From Pseudomonadota bacterium (GTDB lineage: Bacteria > Bdellovibrionota > Bdellovibrionia > Bdellovibrionales > Bdellovibrionaceae), in assembly GCA_041178425.1 (NCBI GenBank), contig JBEGVH010000006.1, positions 64,001-128,000 of the forward strand: a stretch of 64,000 nucleotides of DNA, read 5' to 3'. The notes below the pieces were generated by a model that saw only the letters and a list, made by a program, of their open reading frames with translations, made no database searches and was not told the origin of the DNA. Numbering within the stretch: position 1 is the first letter of the stretch; every line of letters begins with the position of its first letter. A program made the position numbers and the translations under genes. This document shows positions 51,800 to 61,662 of this stretch, piece after piece.

Positions 51800-53710
51800 A
51801 TGGGTAAAATTATTGGAATAGATTTAGGAACAACCAATTCAGTTGTTTCTATTATGGAAGGTGGCGAGGCAAAAGTTTTAGTGAATGAAGAAGGCGCTCG
51901 CACAACTCCTTCAGTGGTTGCATTTACTAAAGATGGTCAGCGTTTAGTGGGTCAGATTGCTAAGCGACAGGCTGTAACCAATCCTGAAAATACGATTTAT
52001 TCAGCAAAGCGTTTTGTTGGTCGTCGCTTTGAAGAAGTTCAAGAAGAGACTAAACTTGTTCCATATAATGTTGTTACTAAAGGTAACGATTGTGCCTTTG
52101 ATGTTCAGGGTAAAAAAGTTTCTCCTGAAGAAATTGGTGCCGCCGTTCTCGGAAAACTTAAAAAAGTGGCCGAAGATTATCTCGGCGAAGAAGTAACTGA
52201 GGCTGTCATTACAGTTCCTGCGTACTTTAACGATGCTCAAAGACAAGCCACTAAAGATGCCGGTCGTATTGCGGGTCTTGATGTAAAGCGTATTATCAAC
52301 GAGCCAACGGCCGCTGCCCTTGCTTATGGCCTTGATAAAAAGAAAGACGAAAAAATTGTTATTTACGACTTTGGCGGTGGGACATTCGATATTTCTATTC
52401 TTGAAGTTGGTGATGGTGTCGTAGAAGTTCAATCAACGAATGGTGACACTCACCTTGGTGGTGACAACTTTGATCATCGCATTCTCGAATGGCTCATTAC
52501 TGAGTTCAAAAAAGAGAGTGGTATTGATTTAAAAAATGATAAAATGGCATTACAGCGTTTAAAAGAAGGGGCTGAAAAAGCAAAGATTGAACTTTCAACG
52601 GCTCAGGAGTCTGAGATCAATCTTCCTTTCATCACTGCTGACCAAAGCGGTCCTAAGCATTTGCAGATGAAATTGACTCGTGCAAAGTTCGAGCAAATGA
52701 CCGAAGATCTCGTTAAGCGCTCAATGGAGCCTTGCCGTAAAGCTCTTGAAGACGCTGGTTTGAAGGCCTCTCAAATTGACGAAGTCGTTCTTGTGGGTGG
52801 TTCAACGCGTATTCCTGCTATTCAAAAGGCTGTTAAAGATTTCTTTGGCAAGGAACCAAACCGCACAGTGAATCCTGATGAAGTAGTTGCTATTGGTGCG
52901 GCTATTCAGGGTGGAGTTCTTTCTGGGGATGTAAAAGAAGTTCTTCTTCTTGATGTGACTCCTTTGTCTCTCGGAATCGAGACTCTGGGTGGTGTGATGA
53001 CGGCCTTGATCGAAAGAAACACGGCGATTCCAACAAAGAAAACTCAGGTTTTCTCGACGGCAGCAGATAATCAGCCAGGTGTTGAAATTCACGTTGTTCA
53101 GGGTGAAAGAAAGATGGCTGCTGATAATAAAACCTTGGGTCGCTTTGAGCTTACTGGCTTGCCACCAGCGCCACGAGGAGTTCCTCAGGTAGAAGTTATT
53201 TTTGATATCGACGCCAATGGTATCTTAAATGTTTCTGCAACAGATAAAGGAACTGGCAAGCAACAGGCTATTAAGATTACAGCTCAGTCTGGCTTAAACG
53301 AAGAAGATATCAAGCGCGCTGTGCGTGAAGCGGAAGAACATGCTGCTGAAGATAAAGAAAGACAAGAGCGCGCGACTCAGTTGAATAACCTTGATAACTT
53401 GGTTTATCAAACAGAGAAGCTTGTGAAAGAAAACGGTTCTAGTTTGCCGGCGGCGGATGTTAAGTCTGCAGAAGATTCTGTTGCTAAAGCAAAGAAGGCT
53501 ATTGAAGCTAAAGCAGCTCTTGCTGAATTGAAAGTGGCTCATGATGAATTGATGGTTATCAGCCAAAAATTATCGACTGAGCTTTATAAGAAGGCAGGAG
53601 CGACGGGTGAGCAAGGTGCTGGTCCGCAGGCTGGTGCTGAAGGTGCTGCGTCTGGAGCGAAGCAAGGCGGCGACGATGTTATCGATGCCGACTATAAAGA
53701 TGTGAATTAA
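51800..53710 (+). CDS. dnaK: chaperone DnaK
   Basis: [33 protein letters not shown]. Confidence 0.98.
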   Translation: MGKIIGIDLGTTNSVVSIMEGGEAKVLVNEEGARTTPSVVAFTKDGQRLVGQIAKRQAVTNPENTIYSAKRFVGRRFEEVQEETKLVPYNVVTKGNDCAFDVQGKKVSPEEIGAAVLGKLKKVAEDYLGEEVTEAVITVPAYFNDAQRQATKDAGRIAGLDVKRIINEPTAAALAYGLDKKKDEKIVIYDFGGGTFDISILEVGDGVVEVQSTNGDTHLGGDNFDHRILEWLITEFKKESGIDLKNDKMALQRLKEGAEKAKIELSTAQESEINLPFITADQSGPKHLQMKLTRAKFEQMTEDLVKRSMEPCRKALEDAGLKASQIDEVVLVGGSTRIPAIQKAVKDFFGKEPNRTVNPDEVVAIGAAIQGGVLSGDVKEVLLLDVTPLSLGIETLGGVMTALIERNTAIPTKKTQVFSTAADNQPGVEIHVVQGERKMAADNKTLGRFELTGLPPAPRGVPQVEVIFDIDANGILNVSATDKGTGKQQAIKITAQSGLNEEDIKRAVREAEEHAAEDKERQERATQLNNLDNLVYQTEKLVKENGSSLPAADVKSAEDSVAKAKKAIEAKAALAELKVAHDELMVISQKLSTELYKKAGATGEQGAGPQAGAEGAASGAKQGGDDVIDADYKDVN

Positions 53711-53736
53711 GAATTAACGTTTAAATAAGTTCCTGC

Positions 53737-53769
53737 AAAAAAGCCTGAATGATGAATTCAGGCTTTTTT
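53737..53769 (+). terminator. intrinsic terminator after dnaK
   Basis: AAAAAAGCCTGAAT-gatga-ATTCAGGCTTTTTT. Confidence 0.9.
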
Positions 53770-53864
53770 ATTTCATTGCAATTCCGATTAGATAACCCTA
53801 GTTTGAAACAGCAGAAGCAGAAGTCATTGGTTTTTGCTTCTACACTCTTTCTTGGGGTATTTTT

Positions 53865-54383
53865 ATGATAAAAAATAAAACTTTGATCGACGCCTTTTGG
53901 ATTGTTTTGTTGTTGGTTGTATCTAGACTCGTTCCGCACTGGCCGAATGTGACGGCATTAGGAGCGACAGTTCTATTGGCTCCTCGGTGGTTCCGCGATA
54001 ATAAATTGGTTTTGTTGGTTCCACTTGTTGCGATGCTTGTGTCTGACTCTCTCATAGGTTTTCACGAAACTATGATCTATACTTATTCAGCGGTTTTCAT
54101 GGTGAGTTGGTTGTCGTTAAATGCAAAAGAGACTTCCAAGTTGTCTCAGTGGGTGAGTTGGGGGCTATTTTCAAGTCTGAGTTTTTTTGTAATTACTAAT
54201 TTTGGTGTTTGGCTGGCTTCGGGAATGTATGCAAAGTCGCTTTCGGGGCTCATCTTATGTTACTGGAACGCACTTCCATTTCTTGGTTATGAGATGCTAG
54301 GTACATCATTGTATTTGGCTGTGGGGATTATCACGCGACAACTCTGGGTAGAGGCGATATCAAGCTCGGTTGATGTTCATTAA
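53865..54383 (+). CDS. DUF6580-type (ECF S-component-like) membrane protein
   Basis: SRLVPHWPN, VSD..IGFH, FFVITNFGVW, YWNALPF. Confidence 0.8.
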   Translation: MIKNKTLIDAFWIVLLLVVSRLVPHWPNVTALGATVLLAPRWFRDNKLVLLVPLVAMLVSDSLIGFHETMIYTYSAVFMVSWLSLNAKETSKLSQWVSWGLFSSLSFFVITNFGVWLASGMYAKSLSGLILCYWNALPFLGYEMLGTSLYLAVGIITRQLWVEAISSSVDVH

Positions 54384-54484
54384 GGCATTTTTTTCAAAGT
54401 TGGGTTGGATCGGCTCAATTCAAATATTTTTATAGCGAGTCGATACGTAAGATGTTACGCCGTGGACCTCCTAGAGGGGGTCTT

Positions 54485-55303
54485 ATGTCGCATGCTTTAT
54501 CTCAAATGTTGATTGCCATTTTTATCTTGGGTTCATGGTCTTCGTTTGCTTTGGCAGACACTTGCGATGATCCATCTCGGATGCCTGCCGTTTGTCGCGA
54601 GATGCGCCATTTGCGTAGCCAAATTTTATTGTTGGGTGCTCAGCGAGATACGTTGCAAATCAATTATGATCTTTTAAAGGTGGTTGCCGAGGAAATGAAG
54701 GCTGGTTCTAGCCGAGCTATTGGTCATCTTAAAGGTGATAGCACGCATGGGATTGGTCTTGTTGGAGTTCAAGCTTTAGCCTTTGATTTGATCGATGAAG
54801 CCACACAGAAAAAGGGTGATGCTTTTGTTACGGCCAATAAGATCCAACAGCAATGCAATAACTGCCATAACAATGCCTCCCCTACGAGTGGTCATCGCTG
54901 GGATGATATTTTCAAAAGTGATTGGTCTGTGATTTATAAAAAATGTAATTCACCGGAGCGAAATCCTCTTCTCTGTAAGAATATGCATGCGATGTTTAGT
55001 TACTATAGTGGATTCTTTACGGCTTATCAGTTAGGGGTTCAGAATTTCGAACTCACGGAGCGTTCTGCGATCGAGATTGCGAAAATTGCAATTACACTCA
55101 AAGAAAACAATTTGCTCCACGGGCTTGGTGAAACGATGGATTCCGTTGCAACCGAGGCAAAAGAGGTTGCTCAGTTAGCGAAAAATAAAGATCCCGACAC
55201 ATTTACTCGGGCTTTGGCGATCACTCAGTCATGCATGAGATGTCATGCTGATCGCGACTTGTCCTCTCCAAAAACATCCATTCGCCTAAAGTCACTTCGA
55301 TAG
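54485..55303 (+). CDS. exported dihaem cytochrome c (tandem class II/c'-like repeat)
   Basis: Signal peptide; CNNCH and CMRCH, each at the end of a ~125-aa helical repeat. Confidence 0.75.
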   Translation: MSHALSQMLIAIFILGSWSSFALADTCDDPSRMPAVCREMRHLRSQILLLGAQRDTLQINYDLLKVVAEEMKAGSSRAIGHLKGDSTHGIGLVGVQALAFDLIDEATQKKGDAFVTANKIQQQCNNCHNNASPTSGHRWDDIFKSDWSVIYKKCNSPERNPLLCKNMHAMFSYYSGFFTAYQLGVQNFELTERSAIEIAKIAITLKENNLLHGLGETMDSVATEAKEVAQLAKNKDPDTFTRALAITQSCMRCHADRDLSSPKTSIRLKSLR

Positions 55304-55330
55304 GCCGTCTTTCATTGCGGGTGCGGATCA

Positions 55331-55396
55331 CGAACGGGGACGCGAACAGGGACGGACGCGAACAGGACGAACAGGGACGGAGTCCGACTTCCGTCC
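55331..55396 (+). repeat. tandem degenerate CGAACAGGGACG repeats ending in a REP-like hairpin
   Basis: Four imperfect copies, then GGACGGA-gtccgact-TCCGTCC. Confidence 0.7.
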
Positions 55397-55476
55397 ATCT
55401 CCGCACATCTCCCGGACGCCGCCTGCCCTTAGATTGACTCTCACCTTGTCACGCAGTTTGCTTCTACACCTCCCAC

Positions 55477-56244
55477 ATGAGAATCAATCGTTCCCAACAG
55501 CTCTATCCCCTCAATGGCAAAGTTCATCTCTACTGGCGTTGCCACAATAAAGAGTTTTACCTCCAGGCCAACCATTTCAAACATATGTACTTTGAGTGTC
55601 TCGAACGAGGCCTTGAACACAAACCTTCCATGCATACCTCGAAGCTCAAAGAAAAATGCGTGATTCATGCTTTCTGTGCGATGAGCAACCATTTTCATCA
55701 GGTTGTCGGGTACTCCGATGGCTCCCATCATCTCTCGCTGTTGATGCGGCAGCAGCATGCTTTGTTTGGGATCCGGTACAATCGTTCGAACCGTCGGAGT
55801 GGCAAAGTGGCCGAAGGTCGCCCCAAAACACCACTCATTCAAAATCCTGACCACGAAATGCGTGTTCACTTTTACGTGGAAGCCAACCCAATTCGTGCGG
55901 GCTTCCGGAAGCTCGAGAATCTCAAAGACTACGTTTATTCCAGCTATGGCTTTTACGCCTACGGCAAACGCACGAAGTTCACTCATCTTCTGACGTTTCC
56001 AGAATGGTACCTAAGGCTCGGCAAAACATTCCGAGAGCGCCAAGTTCAGTACCGCAAGCTCTTTCGGGCGTATCTGGGCGAGTATGTTTCAAGTACCTCG
56101 CAAAGATTCAAGAAGGCATTCATTGGCGATGCTCGGTGGATTTTAGAAGTTGTGGCGAGAATCAAAAAGGGAGCCCTTCAATTAGCAGAATCACCATCAG
56201 TGGCTGAGTTTGAAAGTGCGAGTCGCCTCAACGATTCGACGTAG
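55477..56244 (+). mobile_element. REP-associated tyrosine transposase (RAYT; Y1/HUH, IS200-like)
   Basis: HLYWRCHN, MSNHFH (HUH), YVEANPIRAG, YVYSSY. Confidence 0.88.
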
Positions 56245-56505
56245 AATTGAAAACTTATTCTTGAGGTTCGTATTAATCTCCTGCGAGCGTCTTAAATTAA
56301 CGCTTGCAATGGATGGTTGCGTTTATTTTTCACGAAAAATATTTAAATTGTGTTAGTTTTTACCGCCGAAGCCAATAAGGATGTTTCATTTGAAAACTGT
56401 GGACCTGAAATTGTTGGTTCTCTCATTTTAAAAGGGGAAAGTTTAAGGAGTTTATGCGTATGGAGCTCGGACTGCAGAAAATACTCAAGGAATTTAGGGG
56501 GTATG

Positions 56506-56539
56506 CTCCGTCCCCAGATCGTCATCCCCAGATCGTCCC
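56506..56539 (-). repeat. stuttered CGTCCC/TCCCCAGATCGTC repeat, inverted relative to the RAYT left repeats
   Basis: CTCCGTCCC is the reverse complement of GGGACGGAG (55374-55382); TCCCCAGATCGTC occurs twice. Confidence 0.5.
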
Positions 56540-56633
56540 AGGTTGGCTGGCGGTATTCTTTTCTTAGGTTGCCTCTGAGGGATTCTTAGGTTATCCCATG
56601 CCCTGTTTTAATCCTTTTAATTGTGAGTTACCG

Positions 56634-57353
56634 ATGAAAAATCTTCTGTCTGCTTTAATCGCTATAATCGCTATGACCCTGATTGTGCCCCTCGCTCAGG
56701 GAGCGATTCCGATGCCAAAAGCCGACGAAGACAAGTACAGGGAAGTTCTGAGTGGCCACGCCATCGATTGTTATTTTTTTAAACCAAGTCTTTCGCCTAC
56801 ACTTTACTTTGAAGCGATTGGCCCTCAAGCGGTGCTGAGTGGTAATTCAAAGCAAATATCTCTGCAAATGAAAGTTGTTTACTACCGCTGTCATGTTTCG
56901 AGCGATGGTCATTTTAGTTATACCGTGGTCGATCCAAAGTCTCCCTACCAGTACGAAGTTGTACAATCGGATGGCTCTTTGACCACCATTAAAGTATTAA
57001 GTCAAAAACATCAGTTCACGGCAGTTTTAGGGGACAATAACGAATTAGCAAGTAGCAAGAAAGGCTTGGCTCCGCGAAGAGAGACTGAGGGATTATTAAA
57101 TTTTGTTCAGTTTGAACTTACCATCGACAAGGTGCTCTCCGTTCGACAACAAGCCATGAGAGCTCTTGGAAACCCGGTGTTTTTGTATGTTCGAGTTTTT
57201 GGTGCCTTCTCGTCCGTTTATAAAATTGGAAGTGAACCTCGGTTAGACACGGGATTTATTCCTGCTACGACCCATCTGTGGTCAATAAAGCTGTCTGGTC
57301 CATCTGACGCCACTAAGGCAGAGCTTTTGTCGATTAATACCGAACAACCCTAA
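56634..57353 (+). CDS. secreted hypothetical protein
   Basis: Signal peptide (…AQG); beta-rich. Confidence 0.7.
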   Translation: MKNLLSALIAIIAMTLIVPLAQGAIPMPKADEDKYREVLSGHAIDCYFFKPSLSPTLYFEAIGPQAVLSGNSKQISLQMKVVYYRCHVSSDGHFSYTVVDPKSPYQYEVVQSDGSLTTIKVLSQKHQFTAVLGDNNELASSKKGLAPRRETEGLLNFVQFELTIDKVLSVRQQAMRALGNPVFLYVRVFGAFSSVYKIGSEPRLDTGFIPATTHLWSIKLSGPSDATKAELLSINTEQP

Positions 57354-57551
57354 GAACGTAATCGTTGCTCAATCCAATCCTCGTTAATTTGGCTCTGTAA
57401 CATAATTGTTGTTGTGCCAAATGAACTAGTCCAGTCTTGCATCAGCGCCGAGTCGCTCATGCAAACGCCGACAGAACTTGTGATAGAGCTAAGACTAGGG
57501 CTTCCGGGGCGTTCTTGCTCGAAGTCCTTTTTGAGTGCTACTGTTAAGCCT

Positions 57552-58085
57552 ATGAATCAATTCATTGTAAATAAAAATAGATTAGTTATTGTCTCTTTGG
57601 CGATCCTCGTTGGATTAACACTTTTTTCGGTTTATGGCTCTATAGGCCAGGCTAACACCGTAGCTACAAGCTTCAATCAAAATTGGGCTCCGTTTCAGAG
57701 AACTGGAGACAGAGTCTATCTCAATACCCCTGCAGTTCAAGACTGCCTCGCGATGAGTTGGGATGGTCGACTAATGATTTGTTCCCATCCGCAGTTTCCG
57801 CAAGTAAAAAAATCCACTGACATTGGCAAGATGAGAGTGAACAATCATCCTCAGGATCTTTCAAAGTTTGCTACACCAACTCTCCGTAATCTAACGACCA
57901 GCGCACCTTACTTTCATGGTGGATCGGCTAATACCCTCGAGGAGGTAGTGGCTCTTTACAGCTCCTGGACAATGGCGAGTAAACAGAATTCCGCTAAGGT
58001 CGATGAAGCCATGGTTCCAACGCCCCTCGCAGCAGAAGAACAAAAAGCTTTGGTGGCTTTTTTAAAATCATTGAGTTCGAATTAA
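57552..58085 (+). pseudogene. probable internally deleted cytochrome c peroxidase/MauG-family gene
   Basis: C-terminal FATPTLRNL..SAPYFHGGS..TLEEVV…ALVAFLKSL, but no CxxCH in 177 aa. Confidence 0.6.
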
Positions 58086-58304
58086 AAATGATTATTAGAA
58101 TTTTGCAAAACTAGTACTATCCGATGCCTCCGAGCATTTCAGCGAGGGGGTTAACTAAATCTAAACCGTTTCACAATAAGACAGTGTTTCATGCTAATCG
58201 TGTTGTCATTTTACGATCTGCTGATAAAATTAAGAGAGGAGAGCTATTCCTCCGATTCGCTTTAAAAAGTGGCGATAGGAGTTAAATTTTGCTCGAGGCA
58301 ACAC

Positions 58305-59204
58305 GTGTGGGATTATAGTATTAGAGCTATTTTGTTTATGAGTATTTTGGGAGCATCATTGCTTGGACTGGCTGCTGAAAGCTATCTCACGGGTTTTTCA
58401 TTGCCAGGCAATAGCTCTAAACCGATCTATGAACCGAATGGCACCTGGAAGAAAGTTACCAATTCATCTGCCAACAATTACTTTATCCCTACAAAAACCA
58501 CCACAGAGTGGGATCGATTTAATACCAATAAACCCGCTTCGGTGACAATCGTGGTAGGCTACCCTTATCACTGTTTAGATATCAAAGAGAAAAACCCGAG
58601 TGCGACCAGCGGTACCTACAATATTGATCCTGAACAAGACGGAACCGCCATTACAGTTTTTTGTGATATGGCCACCGATGGTGGAGGCTGGACCCTTATT
58701 GCGAGAACGGCGGTTTATAATGCTTCTATTCACACGACAAGCTACCCCTTCGGATGGAACTCATCCACTGGGACTCTGACCAATTTTAGTTACCCTTACT
58801 CGCTTAATATCGGTGGTAAACCTATCTCATTTACAGAAATGATGATCGGTCAGGTGCAGGCCTCCAGCAATATGCCTGGATATAATATTCTCAAGCGAAG
58901 TTTTACAAAGACGCTTTTAACGAATTACGCGAGCACCTTTGGCTCAGTCAGTGGCTCTTGGATTCAAAGGCCCTCTTGGCCGTACACTTCCGTTCCTGGG
59001 ATGCAGTCAGTGATGGGTTTTACTAACGATACTTCTAAATTTTTTATGCGTGATTGTTGCGGCGATGCCGGTTATGGGGTGTTTTGGTATGGGATGCAAA
59101 CTACCTATTGCGGCTCAGCAGGCAATGAGACCATGCCGGGACCTTACTGCGGTGGAGACACTCTTGGTAATAATTCAAAGCAAGTGATTCTATTTGTACG
59201 TTAA
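58305..59204 (+). CDS. exported protein: FIPTKT module plus fibrinogen-C-like domain
   Basis: CLDIK…SGTYNIDP…VFCDMATDGGGWTL; start uncertain (58269 or 58305). Confidence 0.8.
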   Translation: MWDYSIRAILFMSILGASLLGLAAESYLTGFSLPGNSSKPIYEPNGTWKKVTNSSANNYFIPTKTTTEWDRFNTNKPASVTIVVGYPYHCLDIKEKNPSATSGTYNIDPEQDGTAITVFCDMATDGGGWTLIARTAVYNASIHTTSYPFGWNSSTGTLTNFSYPYSLNIGGKPISFTEMMIGQVQASSNMPGYNILKRSFTKTLLTNYASTFGSVSGSWIQRPSWPYTSVPGMQSVMGFTNDTSKFFMRDCCGDAGYGVFWYGMQTTYCGSAGNETMPGPYCGGDTLGNNSKQVILFVR

Positions 59205-59416
59205 GGTACCAGGTCCACAAATGTGCCATTCAAAAAAAATGGTGAGCCTGACACAATCAAAAAAATTTGATGGAGCCTGTCCGATCCACCGAGTCTTCCG
59301 GAGGGTGGAGGACTATTTCGGGATAAAAACAAGACCATTGGTGGTTTTGAATTCTATTTTGGTTAAGAAAAAGTTAACCTTAGGAGGTGTGGAAGTTTTT
59401 TTTGAGGGGGGGCGGC

Positions 59417-60580
59417 ATGGGTCATTTAAATCAAAAAGTATCTTTGATTTTTTTAATTTCGCTGTTGCAAATGGCGTTTCCCAATAAAACTTTCGCTTGC
59501 ACTCTAAACTCATACAATTTAGCCAACGGTGCCACCCAAGACATTAATGAGTGCAATATCTGCGCAAGGGTTACAAATAACGTGGGTGCGGCGTTATTCA
59601 TTCCAACAAAAACCACCGCCGAATGGCAGGCTTTTCTAACGAACAAACCCTCGGGGGTCACGCTCGGCTGCTGTTGGAGTTCGATGAGCTTTACTTCGTC
59701 TGGGAATCAAACATTCACTCCACCAGCAAAATATTTTCCTTCGGGCTACAATTACTGCACCCAAGTGCATGTTGTCGTTGTGGGCGGCGGCGGTGCTGGT
59801 AATAATTATTACGGATCAGGCGGCGGCGGTGGTGCTCTTGCTTATAAAAATAATATCACGGTTTCGCCTGGGCAGTCCTACACTGTGACGGTTGGTGCTG
59901 GCGGAACGGGCGGGACCAGTTACACTGTTCAGGCCAATAGTGGCGGTTCCAGTAGCTTTTCTAATGGCTCGATAACTGTTACGGCTGGCGGTGGCTACGG
60001 TGGCCAGCCTTACCCTTATGGTTCAAGACCCTCGCTTGGGGGCACTGTGAGCGGTACCTATGATGGTTCTGGCGCGGGCGGAACGAGTGGCTTGTATAGC
60101 TATTCCTCCCCTTCTTATAAGTCGAGCGGTGGTGGGGGTGCTGGTGGATATGGTGGTAAGGGGGGAGATGGCGCTGGATCTTCAGCCGCTGGAGCAGGAA
60201 CATTTTCATCCGCGACAGCCGGTGTCTCCGGCGGTGGCGGCGGCGGTGGATCCTCCACTGTCGGTTCGTATACTGGGGCCGGCGGCGGCGGAGTTGGGCT
60301 TTTTGGGCTTGGTTCTAATGGCGCGGCCGGGAGTACTGTTGGCGACGTGTCTGCACCCGGAGGAGGAGGAGGCTCGGGCGGATCGGCCGGTAATAGTTCC
60401 GTCACGCATTCTTCCGGGTCACGCCCAAGTGGCGGAGCCTACGGTGGCGGCGGTGGTTCTAATCACAATACAAATTATGCTGGCGGTAATGGAGCTGGTG
60501 GCGCTGTGAGGATCATGTGGGGATCGGGTCGGTCTTTTCCTTCGACGAATGCCTCGTCGACAAATGAATTGGCGCTCTAA
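59417..60580 (+). CDS. exported protein: FIPTKT module plus glycine-rich (phage tail-fibre-like) domain
   Basis: Signal peptide; VVVVGGGGAG…GGGGG…YTVTVGAGG…GAGGAVRIMW. Confidence 0.8.
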   Translation: MGHLNQKVSLIFLISLLQMAFPNKTFACTLNSYNLANGATQDINECNICARVTNNVGAALFIPTKTTAEWQAFLTNKPSGVTLGCCWSSMSFTSSGNQTFTPPAKYFPSGYNYCTQVHVVVVGGGGAGNNYYGSGGGGGALAYKNNITVSPGQSYTVTVGAGGTGGTSYTVQANSGGSSSFSNGSITVTAGGGYGGQPYPYGSRPSLGGTVSGTYDGSGAGGTSGLYSYSSPSYKSSGGGGAGGYGGKGGDGAGSSAAGAGTFSSATAGVSGGGGGGGSSTVGSYTGAGGGGVGLFGLGSNGAAGSTVGDVSAPGGGGGSGGSAGNSSVTHSSGSRPSGGAYGGGGGSNHNTNYAGGNGAGGAVRIMWGSGRSFPSTNASSTNELAL

Positions 60581-60699
60581 TGAGAAAGAATTCCTGCTGG
60601 GGTTCGCTCTTTTTCTGTTGCTTAAACAATTCAAAGCACGCGATCACGTTGGTGAGGTAATGTCTTCCGCCCCTCTGGGTCGCCCATTAACCCCATTTT

Positions 60700-61506
60700 C
60701 TATGAGACATTGATTGAGTGTTTGCTATTGAGACCGATATTTTCATTAACCAGCGTCATGGTAATCGATTGAGGTATGTAAAGAAACTCCAGTTGATTAT
60801 TAATCGAATGATAACCGCTGAGATAAATCAGCTGCGATCGATGTTGTGATAAAGCTCGCTTCTTATCATCACCACGAACTCTGAAAGAAATTATGTCAAA
60901 TTTTGGTGATGAAGAAAAAAGAAATAGAACGAGGTTTTTAACATTATAACAAAAATCGCGATATAAATATCTTTGGCTTGAGATGTTTCGAAACATTTTC
61001 CAAAGATATGGAGCCATGCTGTAAAGCCACCATTTCTTTGATAGAACAAAACAACTTTTACTGTCTGTAGTTTTGAGTTCTTGTTCACAGAAAAATCCAA
61101 ACAATAGTCCCCTTTTTAGGCATAAGCCTGCGAGAGTGTAAAAGGCCTGAATATGATGGGGGTGTGGTTTTTCGCCGCCATGGAAAGGGTGGGTTATAGC
61201 CAAGTCAAACTGTTGTCCTTTAGATCCAGAATCAAGAACAGTCTCGAGTTTTCGTGCAAGGTTGGGCAAATAATTTGAGAACCCGGAATCCTCAATCTCT
61301 GCAAAGCTTAATTTAACATTAAGATCTCTTATAGCCATTTGAAGTTCTTGGCCTCGAGGTGAGTCCGCGGAGTAGGTTAGACACAGAATTTCTATTTTAT
61401 GAATCTTCGATAAAAATTTTAACCCTTCGTAAAACCAAAGAGACTCGTCGTCGGGGTGTGCAACCACCAAAAGAATGCTAAAGGAACGGTGCTTTTCTTT
61501 TGTCAT
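60700..61506 (-). CDS. PIG-L/LmbE family deacetylase
   Basis: VAHPDDE, HPHH, KKRALSQHRSQ; AT-richer than neighbours. Confidence 0.8.
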   Translation of the reverse strand: MTKEKHRSFSILLVVAHPDDESLWFYEGLKFLSKIHKIEILCLTYSADSPRGQELQMAIRDLNVKLSFAEIEDSGFSNYLPNLARKLETVLDSGSKGQQFDLAITHPFHGGEKPHPHHIQAFYTLAGLCLKRGLLFGFFCEQELKTTDSKSCFVLSKKWWLYSMAPYLWKMFRNISSQRYLYRDFCYNVKNLVLFLFSSSPKFDIISFRVRGDDKKRALSQHRSQLIYLSGYHSINNQLEFLYIPQSITMTLVNENIGLNSKHSINVS

Positions 61507-61662
61507 TAATTGGAATGCTAAAATAGGCTCGATAAAATACCAATTCAATTAATGTGTTGGGAATTAAATTGTGGCTGAGGTCTAGCAGAATTGCAGTATG
61601 GTAGACAGATAAAGCCATGACTGCCATGGAAGATAAACAATCAGCAAACAGAAAAAATAAAG

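Noticed and set aside
53770..53864. Cobalamin riboswitch before the DUF6580-type gene
   Set aside because: Under 100 nt with no B12-box; only a simple AGAAGCA/TGCTTCT hairpin.
55331..55396. CRISPR array or c-di-GMP-I riboswitch
   Set aside because: Units are about 12 bp with no spacers and no cas genes; the GGCAAAC/GAAA stem of the riboswitch is absent.
55446..55460. sigma54 promoter before RAYT (TTGTCACGCAGTTTGC)
   Set aside because: The invariant -24 GG reads GT.
55441..55986. 181-aa antisense ORF (and similar shadow ORFs such as 23985-24620 and 13021-13527)
   Set aside because: Antisense to well-supported genes, with no motifs.
59780..60510. GGC-rich tandem repeats and Pro-rich antisense ORF
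   Set aside because: Explained by glycine codons of the Gly-rich protein.
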